From: Candidatus Eiseniibacteriota bacterium | GTDB taxonomy: Bacteria > Eisenbacteria > RBG-16-71-46 | Length of the DNA: 64,000 nt | Assembly: GCA_963717505.1 (NCBI GenBank) | Contig: OY970342.1 | Span: 4,000,001-4,064,000 of the forward strand | Direction of reading: 5' to 3' | In this document: one piece after another, positions 9,984 through 22,740 of the stretch | How the letters are laid out: every line of letters starts with the position of its first letter | Numbering within the stretch: the stretch's first letter is position 1 | The notes under the pieces: model-generated | The model's input: only the letters and a program-made list of their open reading frames with translations | Database searches by the model: none | Told to the model about the DNA's origin: nothing | Program-made: the position numbers and the translations under genes

Positions 9984-11378
9984 CGGGACGCCCCCGCCAC
10001 GCCGGCGCCGCGCCTCAGATGCACGAGCACCTCGTCGGCCAGCTTCCACACGTCGCCGGCGCCGAGCGTCAGCACCACGTCGCCCGGCCGCGCCTCGCGC
10101 GCGGCCTGCTCGGCCGCGGCGTGCGGGTCGGGCGCGTGCGCGATCGCACGGTGGCCCTTGGCCTGACTGACCAGGGTCGCGGCACTCACGCCTTCGATCG
10201 GCGACTCGCCGGCGGCGTAGACGTCGAGCACCCAGACGCGGTCGGCCTCGCGAAGCGCCGCGCCGAACTCCGCGGCCAGCGCCGCGGTGCGCGTGTAGCG
10301 GTGCGGCTGGAAGATCACCAGCACGCGGCCGCCCAGGCCGCGCGCCGCCGCCAGCGTCGCCGCGATCTCGGTCGGGTGGTGGCCGTAGTCGTCGATCACG
10401 CGCACGCCGCCGCACTCGCCGCGGGTCTCGAAGCGCCGGCCGACGCCGCGGAACTCGGCCAGCGCCTCGGCGACGTGGCCGAAGCCGACCTCGAGCTCGA
10501 GCCCGACCGCGACCGCGGCCAGCGCGTTCAGCACGTTGTGCCGGCCGGGCACCCGCAGCTCGACCTCGCCGCAGCGCACGGCCCACCAGCGTGCGACCAC
10601 GGAAGCGCGAGCCGTGCGGCTCGCAGCCGGACTCGATCGGCGCGCACCTCGGCCTCGGGGCGCGTGCCGTAGAGCAACGTGCGCTTGGTGACCCGCGGCA
10701 GGATCGCCGCGCACCTCGGGTCGTCCACGCACAGGATGCGAGACGCCGTAGAACGGCACCCGGTTCGCGAAGTAGATGAACGCCTGACGGATGTCGTCCA
10801 GGTCCTTGTAGTGGTCCAGGTGCTCGCGGTCGACGTTGGTGATCACCGCGACCGCCGGCGCCAGCCGCAGGAACGAGCCGTCGCTCTCGTCGGCCTCGGC
10901 GACCAGGAACTGCCCGTGCCCGAGCCGGGCGTTGGCGCCGAGCGCGTGCAGCCGGCCGCCGACCACGATCGTCGGGTCGAGTCCGCCGCGCGCGAGCACC
11001 GCGGCGACCATCGAGGTGGTCGTGGTCTTGCCGTGCGAGCCGCCGACCGCGACGCCGTACTTCATGCGCATCAGCTCGGCCAGCATCTCGGCGCGCGCGA
11101 TCACCGGGATCGCCGGCCTCGCGCGCCGCGCTCGACCTCGGGGTTGTCCGCGCGCACCGCGGTCGAGTGCACCACGACGTGCGCGCCCTCGACGTTCGCC
11201 GCGGCGTGACCGACGAACACGCGGCCGCCGAGCGACACCAGGCGCTCGGTGACCTCGCTCGCCTTGCAGGTCGCTGCCCGACACCTGGTAGCCCATGGTG
11301 AGCAGCACCTCGGCGATGCCGCGACATGCCGGTGCCGCCGATGCCGATGAAGTGGATGCGGTGGGCGCGTCCGTACAT
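9980..11378 (-). CDS. murC: UDP-N-acetylmuramate--L-alanine ligase (frameshifted)
   Basis: [53 protein letters not shown]. Confidence 0.96.
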
Positions 11379-12533
11379 CAGCGCTCCCGCTCGTCGACGT
11401 GAGCCCGTCGGCGCGCACGGCCTTCCGGCCGGCCGACCAGCGCTCGAGGCTGCGCACGATGCGCTCGGCGGCGTCGGGGCGCGCGAACGTGCGCGCGTTG
11501 GCCGACATGCGCGACAGGCGCCTGGCGGTCCGACGAGCCAGTGCGCGATCTCCTGCGCCAGCCGCTCGCCGGTCAGCTCGCGGTCGAGGATCATCGCCGC
11601 CGCACCGCGATCGACCAGGTTCATGGCGTTCACCACCTGGTGATCGTGCGCCGCGTACGGGTACGGCACCAGGATCGCCGGCGTGCCGCACACCGCGATC
11701 TCGGCCAGCGTCATCGCGCCCGAGCGGCAGACCACCAGGTCGGCGACGGCGTAGGCCATGTGGATCTGGCGCAGGAACGGCAGCGACCCGCGCCGGCAGC
11801 TGCTCGCTGCTCGACCTCGCCCTTGCGCCCACTCGAAGTCCTCGCGGCCGGTCTGCAGGATGAACTGCACGTCGACGCGACCCTTCAGCCGCCGCATCGC
11901 GTCGAGCGCCGCCTCGTTGATGCGGTGCGCGCCGCGGCTGCCGCCGAAGATGAACACGGTCGGGCGTGCCGGCGGCCAGCGCCGAACTCGCGCATCGCCG
12001 CGGTCGCGATCGCCGCTCAGGATGTAGGCGCGCACCGGATTGCCGGTGACCTTGAGGTGGTCCTTGCGCGCGAAGTAGCGAGCGCGCCTCGACGAACGAC
12101 AGGTGGACCTCGTCGGCGATCCGCGCCAGCCAGCGGTTCGCGAGGCCGGGAATGCTGTTCTGCTCCTGGAGCAGCAGCGGCCGGCCCAGCATCCACGCCG
12201 CGAGCGCCACCGGCACGCTGACGTAGCCGCCGGTGCCGAGCACGACGTCGGGCCGCTCGGTCGCGCACCACCCAGACCGCCTGGAAGAAGCCGATCACGT
12301 TCGCGAGCGCGGCGCCACGGCCAGCGCCACCAGGCGCGGCGCGGGAAGCCGCGCGTCAGCGACGAAGCGAATCCGGAAGCCGGCTTCGGGCACCGCCGGC
12401 CGCCTCGAGCCCGCGCTGGCCGCCGACGAACACGACCTCGGCGCCGGGACGCAGCCGCGCGCAGCTCCTCGGCGACCGCGATGCCGGGGAACACGTGCCC
12501 GCCGGTGCCGCCGCCCGCGATCATGACCTTCAT
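11378..12533 (-). CDS. murG: MurG GlcNAc transferase (frameshifted)
   Basis: [65 protein letters not shown]. Confidence 0.96.
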
Positions 12534-13688
12534 GCGGCCTCCCGCGCCAGCGCTGCGCGTCAGCGCCTCGCTCGTCGCCGTTCGCCGGCGCTGACCCGGT
12601 AGAGCAGGCCGGCGGCCGCCAGGTTCGCGAGCAGCGCCGAGCCGCCGTAGGACACGAACGGCAGCGGCAGCCCGGTGGTCGGCGCCAGGCCGGTGGCGAC
12701 CGCCGAGATTGACGAGCGCGTAGAGACCGATCTGGAGCGTGAGCCCAGCCGCGAGCAGGAAGCGGAACGGATCCGTGGCGCGCGCCGCGACGCGCATGCC
12801 GCGCCACAGCAGCAGCGCGAACAGCGACGAGCAGCAGCGGTCGCGCCGCCAGGAACCCCAGCTCCTCCGCCAGGATCGAGAAGATGAAGTCGGTGTGCGC
12901 CTCGGGCAGGAACAGGTACTTCTGCAGCCCGCCGCCCAGCCCGCGGCCGAGCCAGCCGCCCGAGCCGATCGCGATCAGCGACTGGTCGAGCTGCCAGCCC
13001 GAGCCGCGCGCGTCGAGCTCGCCGCTGCACAGGAAGCGCGACGAAGGTGTCGACCCGCCCCATCATGATAGGGGTGCGTGACCAGCGCACCGACCGCCGC
13101 CGCCAGCCCGCCGGCCACCGGGATCGCCAGGTGGCGCGAGCCGCGCGCCGGCGAGGAACAGCAGCAGGAAGCCGGTGACGTCGCCGAGCAGCGCCGCGCT
13201 GCTCAGGTTCGGCTGGATCAGGATCAGCCCCGCGATCGCCGCCGCGACCAGGCCGAGCGGCGGCAGCACGCCGCGCACAGAAGCCCAGCTCGTCGGGCGG
13301 GCGGCGCTTGAGCCACCAGGCGAGGAACACCACGGTCGCCAGCCGCGCGAGGTCGGTCGGCTGAAGCTGAGCGAACCCGAGCCGCAGCCAGCGCGCCGCG
13401 CCGTTCGAGACGTGGCCCGACCACGACCACCAGCGCAGCAGCAGCGCCACCGCGCCGCCGAGCAGCAACGGCGCGCCGGCGCTCGAGCGCGCGCAGCTCG
13501 ATCCGCGCGCACAGCCAGCAGCACCGCGACGCCGAGCAGCGACGCGCAGCAGCTGCCGCACCAGGAAGTAGTTCGGGATCCTGGTAGCGCGTGATGCCGA
13601 GGATCGCGCTCGAGGAGTAGACCATGACCAGTCCGAGCGCCGTGAGCACGAGCGGCAGCACGATCAGCCAGCGGTCGCCGCGGTTCAC
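12530..13688 (-). CDS. ftsW: SEDS peptidoglycan polymerase FtsW (frameshifted)
   Basis: [50 protein letters not shown]. Confidence 0.93.
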
Positions 13689-15092
13689 GCGTGCCACCTC
13701 CTCGCGCTGGAGCCGCGCGCACTTCGGCCTTGAAGCGGCGGCCGCGGTCCTCGTAGTCGCGGAACATGTCGAACGAGGCGCACCCGGGCGACAGCAGCAC
13801 CGCGCCGCTCGGGCCGCGCGCGCCTCGGTAGGCGGCGTCGACCGCGTCGCGCCAGGCTGCGCGGCGCGCACCGGCGGCACGCCCGCGCCACGCGCGCGGC
13901 GATGCGCTCGGCGCCCTCGCCGATCAGCACCACCGTGCGCACGTGACGCCGCACGCAGCTCGGCGCAGCGGTGCGAAGTCCTGGCCCTTGTCGCGGCCGC
14001 CGGCGATCAGCACCACCGGCTCCTCGAAGCTCTGCGAGCGCGACCTCGAGCGAGCCGACGTTGGTGGCCTTCGAGTCGTTGACGAACCGCACGCCGTCGA
14101 CCGTCGCCGACCGGCTCGAGCCGGTGCTCGAGCCCGGCGTAGCTCGCGCAGCACGCTCGCGCAGCGTCGCCGGGCGCGATCTCGAGCGGCAGCACGCGGC
14201 CAGCGCCGCGAGCGCGTTCATCAGGTTGTGCGGGCCGCGGCAGCCGCAGCTCGCTCGCCGGCATCAGCGCGCTCGCGACCGCCGCGCCAGGCGAGCACGA
14301 TGGTCGCCGTCCTCGACGAACGCCCCCTCGTCGACCGGGTGCGCGCGCGCGAGAACTCGAGCGACGCGCCGGCGCCCGGCGCGGCGCGCGCATCACCTCG
14401 GGATCGTCGGCGTTCCACACCGCCCAGTCGTCCTCGTCCTGGCGCGCGAACAGGCGCTGCTTGAGCGCGCCGTAGGTGTCGAGGTCGCCGTGGCGATCGA
14501 GATGGTCGGGCGTCAGGTTGAGCCAGATCGCGACGAACGGCTTCAGGCGGTCGACGGTCTCGAGCTGGAACGACGACACCTCGACCACCAGCAGGCCCGG
14601 CGGGCCGACCGTCTCGGCGACGTCGCAGATCGCGCGGCCGATGTTGCCGCACACCTGCGACCTCGCGGCCGGCGGCGCGCAGCAGCGCGCCGATCAGATC
14701 GGTGGTCGTGCTCTTGCCGTTGGTGCCGGTGATCGCAGACCAGCGGCGCGTGCGCGGCCAGGTAGCCCAGCTCGAGCTCGGAGATCACCGGCACGCCGCG
14801 CGCGCGCGCCGCGACCGCGAGCGGATGGCTCGATCGGGATCCCGGGACTCCACACCACGAAGTCGCGCCCCTCGAGCAGCGCCGGATCGTCGGCGCCCAA
14901 CGACACCGTCGACGCCCGAGCTCGGCGAGCGCCGCCGCGGCCTCGGGCAGCGCCGACGCCGCGCGCGCGTCGCACACGCGCACGTCGAGGCCGTGACGGC
15001 GCAGCAGGCGTGCCGCGGCGAGGCCCGAGCGCGCCGCGCCCGACGACCAGCGGGCGGCGGCCGGGAAGCGGATGCCGGGCGTCGATGGTCAT
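13685..15092 (-). CDS. murD: MurD ligase (frameshifted)
   Basis: [58 protein letters not shown]. Confidence 0.95.
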
Positions 15093-16190
15093 TGCAGCTT
15101 GAAGCGTCGAGAGCGAGAGCAGCGCGAGCAGCGCGCCCGACGATGTAGAAGCGCAGCACGACGCGCGACTCGGCCCAGCCCGAGCAGCTCGAAGTGGTGG
15201 TGGAGCGGCGACATGCGGAACACGCGCCTGCCCCACAGCTTGAACGACGTCGACCTGGATCATCACCGACAGCGTCTCGGCCACGAACACGCCGCCGACC
15301 AGCACCAGCCAGAACTCGCGCTTGATCAGCACGGCGACCGTGCCGAGCGCGCCGCCCAGCGCCAGCGAGCCGGTGTCGCCCATGAACACGTCGGCCGGAT
15401 GGCAGTTGTACCAGAGGAAGCCGAGCGAGGCGCCCGAGCACCGCGGCGCAGAACACGGTCAGCTCGCCGCGCGTAGCGGCAGGTAGCTGATGTTCAGGTA
15501 CTCGCTGAACCGGACGTGTCCGCTCAGGTAGCAGAGCCCGGCGAACGCGAGCGCGGCGATCGCCATCAGCCCGGAGGCCAGGCCGTCGAGCCCGTCGGTC
15601 AGGTTCACCGCGTTCGAGGAGCCGGTGATCACCAGGATCACGAACGGCACGAACAGCCAGCCGAAGTCGATGAAGCGGAACTTGAGGAACGGCACGTGGG
15701 TGGTCGTCGCCGGCAGCCCCGGCTCCGGCCACAGCACGCAGCGCCAGCCCGATCACGCGCACCGAGCGCGACCTGGCCGGCCAGCTTGTAGCGACCGAGC
15801 AGACCCTTGGGATAGCCCTTGACCACGCGCAGGTAGTCGTCGAGGAAGCCGAGCGCACCGAGCCACACGGTGGCGAGCGAGCGCGAGCCACAGCGCGCGC
15901 GAGTGGAGGTTCCCCCACAGCAGCGTCGGCACCACGATCGCGATGACGATCAGGAGCCCGCCCATGGTCGGCGTGCCGGCCTTGACCAGGTGGGTCTGCG
16001 GTCCCTCCGGCGCGGACCTTCTGCCCGAGCTTGACCCGCGCAGCCAGTCGATCATCGGCGGTCCGAGCACGAAGCACACCAGCAGCGCCGTGATCGCCGC
16101 GTACGCGGAGCGAAACGTGATGTAGCGGAAGACGTTCAACGCCGAGAGCCCGGGCAGCTCGTGCAGCGGATAGACCCATTCGTAGAACAT
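15089..16190 (-). CDS. mraY: Phospho-MurNAc-pentapeptide translocase (frameshifted)
   Basis: [41 protein letters not shown]. Confidence 0.96.
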
Positions 16191-16193
16191 GCG

Positions 16194-17618
16194 TCAGCGC
16201 CTCCATCGCCGCCGGGCTCGCGGCAGTGCCGCGAGCACGTCCTCGAGCGCCGCGCCGCGCGAGGCCTTGAGCAGCACGACCACGTCCGGGGCCGAGCTCC
16301 GCGGCCGAGCGCGGCCGCGAGCTCGAGCTTGTTCGCGAACACGCGCGCCGGAATCCCGGCGCCCGCGGCACCCGCTGCGTAGTCCGCCGCGAAGGCGCCG
16401 ATCGTCCACAACTCGGCGCCGCGCACCGCGGCCCCGGTCTCGCGATGGAGCGCCGGCGCTTCCGCGCCCAGCTCGAGCATGTCGCCGAGCACGGCGATCC
16501 GCCGGCGTGCGTCGCGGGCCAGGCCGCCAGCGTCTCGAGCGCGGCGCGCATCGAGTCGGGGTTCGCGTTGTAGCAGTCCACGAGCAGGGTCGCGCCGCGC
16601 ACGCGTGCGCACCTCCATCCGACCCGCGGCCGGCTCGCTGGGCCGCGATCGCCGCCGCGACCGCGGCCGGATCGAGTCCGTGCTCGCGCGCGACCGCGAG
16701 CGCCGCCAGCGCGTTCGCGACCTGGTGGCGGCCGACCAGGCGCAGGTGGACCGGCGGGAATCCCGCGACCTCGAAGCGGCTGCCCTGCGGACCGAGATCC
16801 TCGATGCGCGATGGACGCACGTCGGCGCCGGCCGCGAATCCGTAAGTAATGCGCCGGCCCGGCGCGCCCTCGAGCGCCGCGAGCAGCTCGGGGCAGTCGG
16901 CACCGGCGAACGTGACCGCCGTTCGCCGGCAGCGCGAAAGCGAGCGCCGCCTTCTCGCGCGCGATCGCCTCGACCGTGCCGAAACGCTCGAGGTGCGCGC
17001 GGCCGGCGTTGGTGATCACCGCCGCCTGGGGTCGAGCGAGCCCGGCGAGCATTGCGATCTCGCCCGGCCTGGTTCATACCCATCTCGACCACCGCCGCGC
17101 GGTGCTCGCGCTTCGAGCGCGCAGCAGCGTGAGCGGCACACCCCAGTGGTTGTTGAGGTTGCCTTCGGTGCGAGCGTCGACGAATCGAGTCGCCAGCGCC
17201 AGCTGCGACCAGATCCTTGGTCGTGGTCTTGCCGACGCTGCCGGTGACGCCGATCAGGATTCCGTCCCAGCCGGCGCGCCAGCGGCCCGCGATCCGCTGC
17301 AGGGCCCGCGGTCGCGATCGTCGACCACGCACCAGCGGACCCGGCTCGCGCCCGCGGAACTCCGGGTAGCGCGACGCGCGCGCACAACGCGGCACCGGCC
17401 CCGTTCGCGAACGCGATCGCGAGGAACGCGTGGCCGTCGGTACGGCTCCCGGGCAGCGGCACGAACAACTGGCCCGGAGACACTTTGCGGCTGTCGATGG
17501 TGGCGCCGCGCACGCCCTCTTCGCCAGCCCCAGCTCCGGCGGCGGGGCGCGCCAGCTCGCCCTCGGCCCATTGGGCCAGGGTGCCGAGCGGAATCCGATC
17601 CACCGGCGCGGCGATCAT
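16194..17618 (-). CDS. murF: MurF ligase (frameshifted)
   Basis: [66 protein letters not shown]. Confidence 0.95.
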
Positions 17619-19194
17619 GACGACGCCTCCCGACGCGCGCGCAGCAGCTCGCGCGCCACCTCGCGGTCGTCGAAGGGCAGCACCTGCTCGCCGATCGTCT
17701 GCGTCGTCTCGTGACCCTTGCCGGCGATCAGCACCGCGTCGCCCGACTCGGCGGCTTCGAGCGCCGCCGCGATCGCCCGCCGGCGGTCGAGCTCGACGCG
17801 CAGTCGGCCGGCCGGATCGCCGGCGAGCACCTGCGTCGGCGATCGCCGCGGGAGCCTCGCTGCGCGGATTGTCGTTGGTCACCCACGCCCGGTCGGCGCC
17901 CCGCGCCGCGATCGCACCCATCACCGGTCGCTTGGCGCGGTCGCGGTCGCCGCCGCAGCCGAACACCAGCAAGCACTCGGCGCGCACGCGTGCTCGCGAA
18001 CCGCAGCCAGCGCGCGCTCGAGCGCGTCCGGCGTGTGCGCGTAGTCGACGACCACCGTGAACGGCTGGCGCTTCGTCGACGCGCTCGAGCCGGCCGGGAA
18101 CGCCGCGCGCCGCGGCCGAGTCCGCGCACCGCGACCTCGGGCGCGAGCCCGAGCGCCAGCGCCGACGGCGAACGCCGCGGCCGCGTTCCACGCGTTGTAG
18201 CGTCCCGAGCAACGGCAGATCGCACGGGATGCGGCGGCGCCCTGCGTGGCGAAGCGTGAACGCCAGCCCGCTTGGGGCCCGGCGTCACCGCTTCGATCGC
18301 AACCTCGGCGCTCGGCTCCCTGGCCGTAGCCGATCACGCGCAGGCCCGCCGCGGCTGCCGCGGTCGCGCACCGCCGCCGCCGACGGGTCGTCGAGATTGA
18401 TCACCGCGGTCGCGTGCTTGGTCGCGCGCGGCGTGTTGCGGCCGTCGAACAGCATGAGCTTGGCGTCGAGGTAGCGCCTCGATCGTGCCGTGGTAGTCGA
18501 GGTGGTCGTGGGTCAGGTTGGTGAACACCGCGACGTCGCATTCGAGACCGTGGCAGCGACGCTGCACCAGCGCGTGGCTGCTGACCTCGAGCGCCACCGC
18601 CGCCACACCCCGGTCGACCATCTCGCGCAGCAGACCCTGCAGCTCGGGGCTTCGGGCGTGGTGAAGGACGCCGCGCGTTGCTCGTCGCCGAGCCGGAAGC
18701 CGGTGGTGCCGATCACCCCCGAACGCCGGCCCGCCGCTCGCAGGATCGCGTCGACCAGGAACGTGGTGGTCGGTCTTGCCGTTGGTGCCGGTGACCGCGA
18801 CCACCTGGAGTGCGCGCGCCGGATGGCGGAACCAGCGGGCCGCCGCCTGCGCCAGCGCCAGCCGCGGCTCCGCAACTTCAATGCACGGCACCGCGGCCGG
18901 CACGGCGGCCGCGGCCTCGGGCGCCGCCACCACCGCGGTCGCACCGCGCGCCAATGCGTCGGCGACGTGCGCGTCGGCGCGGGTCCGCTGTCCGCCCAGG
19001 GCGAAGAACAGATCGCCGGGGCGTACGCGACGCGAGTCCATCGCCAGACCCTGAATGTCGAGATCCCCGACGCCCTGGGGACCTCGAGTATTTTGGGCGC
19101 CTTGGGGACCTTGGGCGCCTTGGGCACCTTGGGCACCTTCGCCTGCGCGACTCCGGATCACGTCCACGTCCTCGAGCACGGTCGTCAGCCTCAC
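17615..19194 (-). CDS. murE: MurE ligase (frameshifted; in-frame repeat insertion near N-terminus)
   Basis: [64 protein letters not shown] (meso-DAP-type motif), AGKGHE. Confidence 0.95.
19075..19137 (-). repeat. 9-bp tandem repeat in murE encoding GAQ/GPQ units
   Basis: Minus strand GGTGCCCAA GGTGCCCAA GGCGCCCAA GGTCCCCAA GGCGCCCAA AATACTCGA GGTCCCCAG. Confidence 0.85.
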
Positions 19195-21308
19195 GACGGC
19201 GCGGCGCCAGCCTGAACCGCCAGGCCGGGCTCGCAGCGCAGACGGCACGGCCCGCGGAACGGCAGGGGCGTTCCCGGCGGCGGTTCCTGGCGCACGACCA
19301 CGCCGCTGCCCTCGACGCGGGCGCGCAGCGAGAATCGAGCGAGATGTCGCAGCGCGTCGCGCACCGAGAGCCCGGCGAGCTCCGGCATCACCGAGAACGC
19401 CGAGTCCGTCGGCGCCGACAACTGCACCGTGATCGCCTCGCCGCGCTCGACCGCCTCGCCGGCGGCCGGCTCCTGGGACAGCACGCGCGCGCCCTCTCCC
19501 TCGATGCGCATGCGCAGGCCGGCGGAGGCCAGCCGCCGCTCGGCGGCCGCGGGCAGCAACAGGCGCAGGTCGGGAACCACGACCGGCGCCGGCGACGGCG
19601 GTCGCGCGGCCACCGCGACCGCGCCCCCGCGCAGGTCATCACGCGACAGCCGCTGCAGGTCGAGCAGGATCTCGCGGAACACCGGGGCCGCGACCTCGCC
19701 GCCGTAGTAGCGCTTGCCGCGCGGCTCGTCGATCACCACCACGCCGACCACGCGTCGGATCGTCGGCCGGCGCGAATCCGACGAACGACGACAGGTACAT
19801 GCCACGGCCGTAGGTGCCGACCGACGCGTCGTACTTCTGCGCGGTGCCGGTCTTGCCCGCGACCTGCGAGCCCGCGCACGCGCGCTGCGCGTCGCCGTGC
19901 CGCTGTCGACCACGGCCGCGAGCATCGCGCGCAGCAGTTCGGTCGTGCGCGCGCTGAACACCCGGTGCACCGCGCGCGGGGCGTGTCGCTGCACGCACGT
20001 TGCCGTCGCCGTCGCGGATCTCGCGCACCAGCATCGGCTCCATGAGCACGCCACCGTTCGCGATCGCAGCGTAGGCCAGCGCCAGCTGGAGCGGCGTCAC
20101 CGACAGCTCGTGGCCGATCGCGATCGTCGGGCACGAGCGCGCCGACCAGTGCGCGGGGCTGCGCAGCTTGCCGCCGGCCTCGCCCGGAAAGGTCGACGCC
20201 GGTCAGGCTGCCGAAGCCGAGCTCGGTGCAGTAGCGGTAGAGGCGCTCCGAGCCGAGCAGCAGTCCGAGCTTGCCCATGACGATGTTGCTCGACCAGCGC
20301 ACCGCGTCGCGGAACGTGTAGCTCGCCTCCTTGTGCACGTCGTGGAACGACAGCGCCGGGCGCGACCAGCGCGCTGGCCGTCGGCCGAGGCCTCGAACAC
20401 CTGGTCGGGACGCGCCAGGCCCTCTTCGAGCGCCGCGCCCGCGACGACGACCTTGAACGTCGAGCCGGGCTCGAACTGATCGGTGAAGTTCCAGTTGCGC
20501 GCCTTGCCGGGCGGCAGGTGCGGCACGTTGACCGACGCCAGGACCTCGCCGGTGCGCGGGTCGAGGAACAGCGCGAAGCCGCGCACCGCGCGCAGCGAGT
20601 CCACCGCGCGCGCCAGGTGGGCCTCGACGATGGACTGGAGGTCGGCGTCGAGCGTGAGCACGACGTGGCGGCCGTTCTCGGGCGCGCGGCTCGCCGCGCT
20701 CGAGCTCGAGCGCGCGCCCGCGGCCGTCGCGGAACAGCGTGTCGTCCAGCCGGGCCGCCCGCGCAGCTCCTCGTCGAGCTGGAGCTCGAGGCCGTCGACG
20801 CCGACGTGGTCGACGTTGCAGTGCGCCCGATCATCTCGCTCGCCGCGGCGCCGAGCGGATACTCGCGCCGCGTCTCGGTCGCGACGTAGACGCCGCGCCG
20901 CTTCCACGACAGCGATCGTCATTCCCTGGTGCGGGTCGACGCGGCGCGACACCCACAGGAAACGCGGGCGCGCGGCGAAGCGCCGCTGCAGCTCGCGGGC
21001 GTCGACCTTGAGCACGCGCGCCAGGTCGCGCGCGGTCGCACGCGGATCCTGCATCTCGCGCGGTGCGGCCGACACCGAGTAGGTGACCAGATCGCGCGCC
21101 AGCGGCACGCCCGTGGCGGTCGAGGATCGTCCCGCGCTCGGGGCGCACCAGCACCCGCTGTTCCTGATTGCCGCTCGGCGCGCGACTCGAAGTGATCGTG
21201 GCGGGCGATCTGCAGCCAACCGACCCGGAGCCACAACGCCACGAATCCCAGAAGCAGACCGGCCGCAGCCACCAGCACCCGACTCTTGCGCGTTTCCCTG
21301 TGGGCCAA
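19191..21308 (-). CDS. ftsI: Class B penicillin-binding protein FtsI with two PASTA domains (frameshifted)
   Basis: [17 protein letters not shown] (SxxK), [11 protein letters not shown]; C-terminal VVPDLR.. and [19 protein letters not shown] repeats; TTG start with GGAGG RBS. Confidence 0.93.
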
Positions 21309-21394
21309 TGGTTCCCTCCGTGGAACGGCGGTTCACGCCAACCGCCGGCCCGAACGTGCGCGGTGCGGTGGTGCGGCCGGTCAGACTCTGGGTT

Positions 21395-21826
21395 TCAGGA
21401 TCCGGTTCGGGTACGCGCGAGTGCCTCCGGAACGAAGACACGCGACAACGAACCGACCCAAGCCAGGGCCGGAGGCAGTCCGGATCCGGGGGCCGCCTCG
21501 GCGCGCGTCAGGTACTGGGACGGTAGCTCGATCACCTGGCCCGCCTCGACCGGCATCATGCCGAGCTGGCGCGCCTGTGGATCGAGCTCGGCGCGGGTCG
21601 CCCCGCGATCGAGTCGCGCGTGATCGAATTCCAAACGCGCGAGTTCCTGGCTCAACAACGCACGCGACCGGTCGCGCTCGAGACTCAGCTGGGCCAGGCG
21701 GGCCGACTGCCACACCTCGACCAGCAGCGCTCCCAGGACGAGTGCCGCGAACAGCCCGAGCTCGGGCCGCACCCAGCGCGTTTCGGCAACGCGCCAGGAT
21801 GGACGACGTCGGACACCAGCAATCAT
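21395..21826 (-). CDS. ftsL: Cell division protein FtsL-like
   Basis: Position rsmH-ftsI; one TM followed by coiled coil and ARQLGMM motif. Confidence 0.7.
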   Translation of the reverse strand: MIAGVRRRPSWRVAETRWVRPELGLFAALVLGALLVEVWQSARLAQLSLERDRSRALLSQELARLEFDHARLDRGATRAELDPQARQLGMMPVEAGQVIELPSQYLTRAEAAPGSGLPPALAWVGSLSRVFVPEALARTRTGS

Positions 21827-22740
21827 GCAGCCCTCCTGCGGAAAGCCCGCAGCCGCGCGCTGCGCGCGCGGGGGTTACGGGCGATCTCCTCCAGCGAAGG
21901 AGTGATCACCCGTCGCGTGAGACGCTCCCACGGCCGCTCGGGCGGCTGTGGATCGACCGGCGGCCGGCGGCGGGGCGGGTGGACATCCACGCTCCCGAGC
22001 GACCGCTTGATTCTGCGATCCTCGCCCGAGTGATAGGCGAGGGTGACCACGACTCCTCCGGAACGCACTACCGCCGGCAGCCACGACAACAGCGCGTCGA
22101 GCTCCCCGGCTTCATCGTTGATCCAAATCCGCAACGCTTGGAACACACGCGCGCGCTGTCGCGGCGCGCCGCCGACGATGCGGCTCGCGATCCGCTCGAG
22201 ATCGGCCGCGGTCGACAGCTTGCCTTCGTGTGCAGCCGCGATCAGCGCGTGCGCCAGACGGCGGGCGGGGCCGAGGTCGCCGTACTCGCGCAGCACCGCG
22301 GTGAGCACTTCGGGATCGGTGTGGGCCAGGCGCACCGACGCCGGCTCGCCGCGCGACGGATCCATGCGCAGGTCGAGCGGGCCTCCGGCCTGGAAGCCGA
22401 TTCCGCGCGTCGGATCGTCGAGCTGCCCGGACGAAACGCCGAGGTCCATGAGCACGCCGGCGAACGGCTCGCCCCCGAGACGATGGTGCGCTTCCGGAAT
22501 CTCGCGGAAGGTGGCGTGAACGAGCATCACGCGATCCTCCCGTCCGGCGAGACGCACGCGCGCGCGGTCGAGGGCCGCCGGGTCGCGGTCACAGCCGAGC
22601 AGGCGAGCGCCGGATTCGACCTCGAGCAACGCGGCGGCATGGCCGCCGTCGCCGAGCGTGGCGTCGAGATAGAGTCCGGGGCCGTTGGCCAGGAATGCCA
22701 GGGTCTCGGCGAGCAGGACCGGTTCATGACGGCGCGACAC
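21823..22740 (-). CDS. rsmH: 16S rRNA m4C1402 methyltransferase
   Basis: HEPVLLAE, DATLGDGGHA, DLGVSSGQLD, LDLRMD, YHSGEDR, NPRARSARLR. Confidence 0.96.
   Translation of the reverse strand: MSRRHEPVLLAETLAFLANGPGLYLDATLGDGGHAAALLEVESGARLLGCDRDPAALDRARVRLAGREDRVMLVHATFREIPEAHHRLGGEPFAGVLMDLGVSSGQLDDPTRGIGFQAGGPLDLRMDPSRGEPASVRLAHTDPEVLTAVLREYGDLGPARRLAHALIAAAHEGKLSTAADLERIASRIVGGAPRQRARVFQALRIWINDEAGELDALLSWLPAVVRSGGVVVTLAYHSGEDRRIKRSLGSVDVHPPRRRPPVDPQPPERPWERLTRRVITPSLEEIARNPRARSARLRAFRRRAA

Noticed and set aside
9342-12797. 1151-aa ORF as an FtsW-MurG-MurC-FtsQ fusion
   Set aside because: It is a patchwork of in-frame fragments and out-of-frame Arg/Ala-rich text produced by indels.
6670-21308. 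dcw genes as pseudogenes or programmed frameshifts
   Set aside because: Catalytic motifs are intact, the breaks are scattered small indels, and they cluster in blocks; this fits sequencing error.
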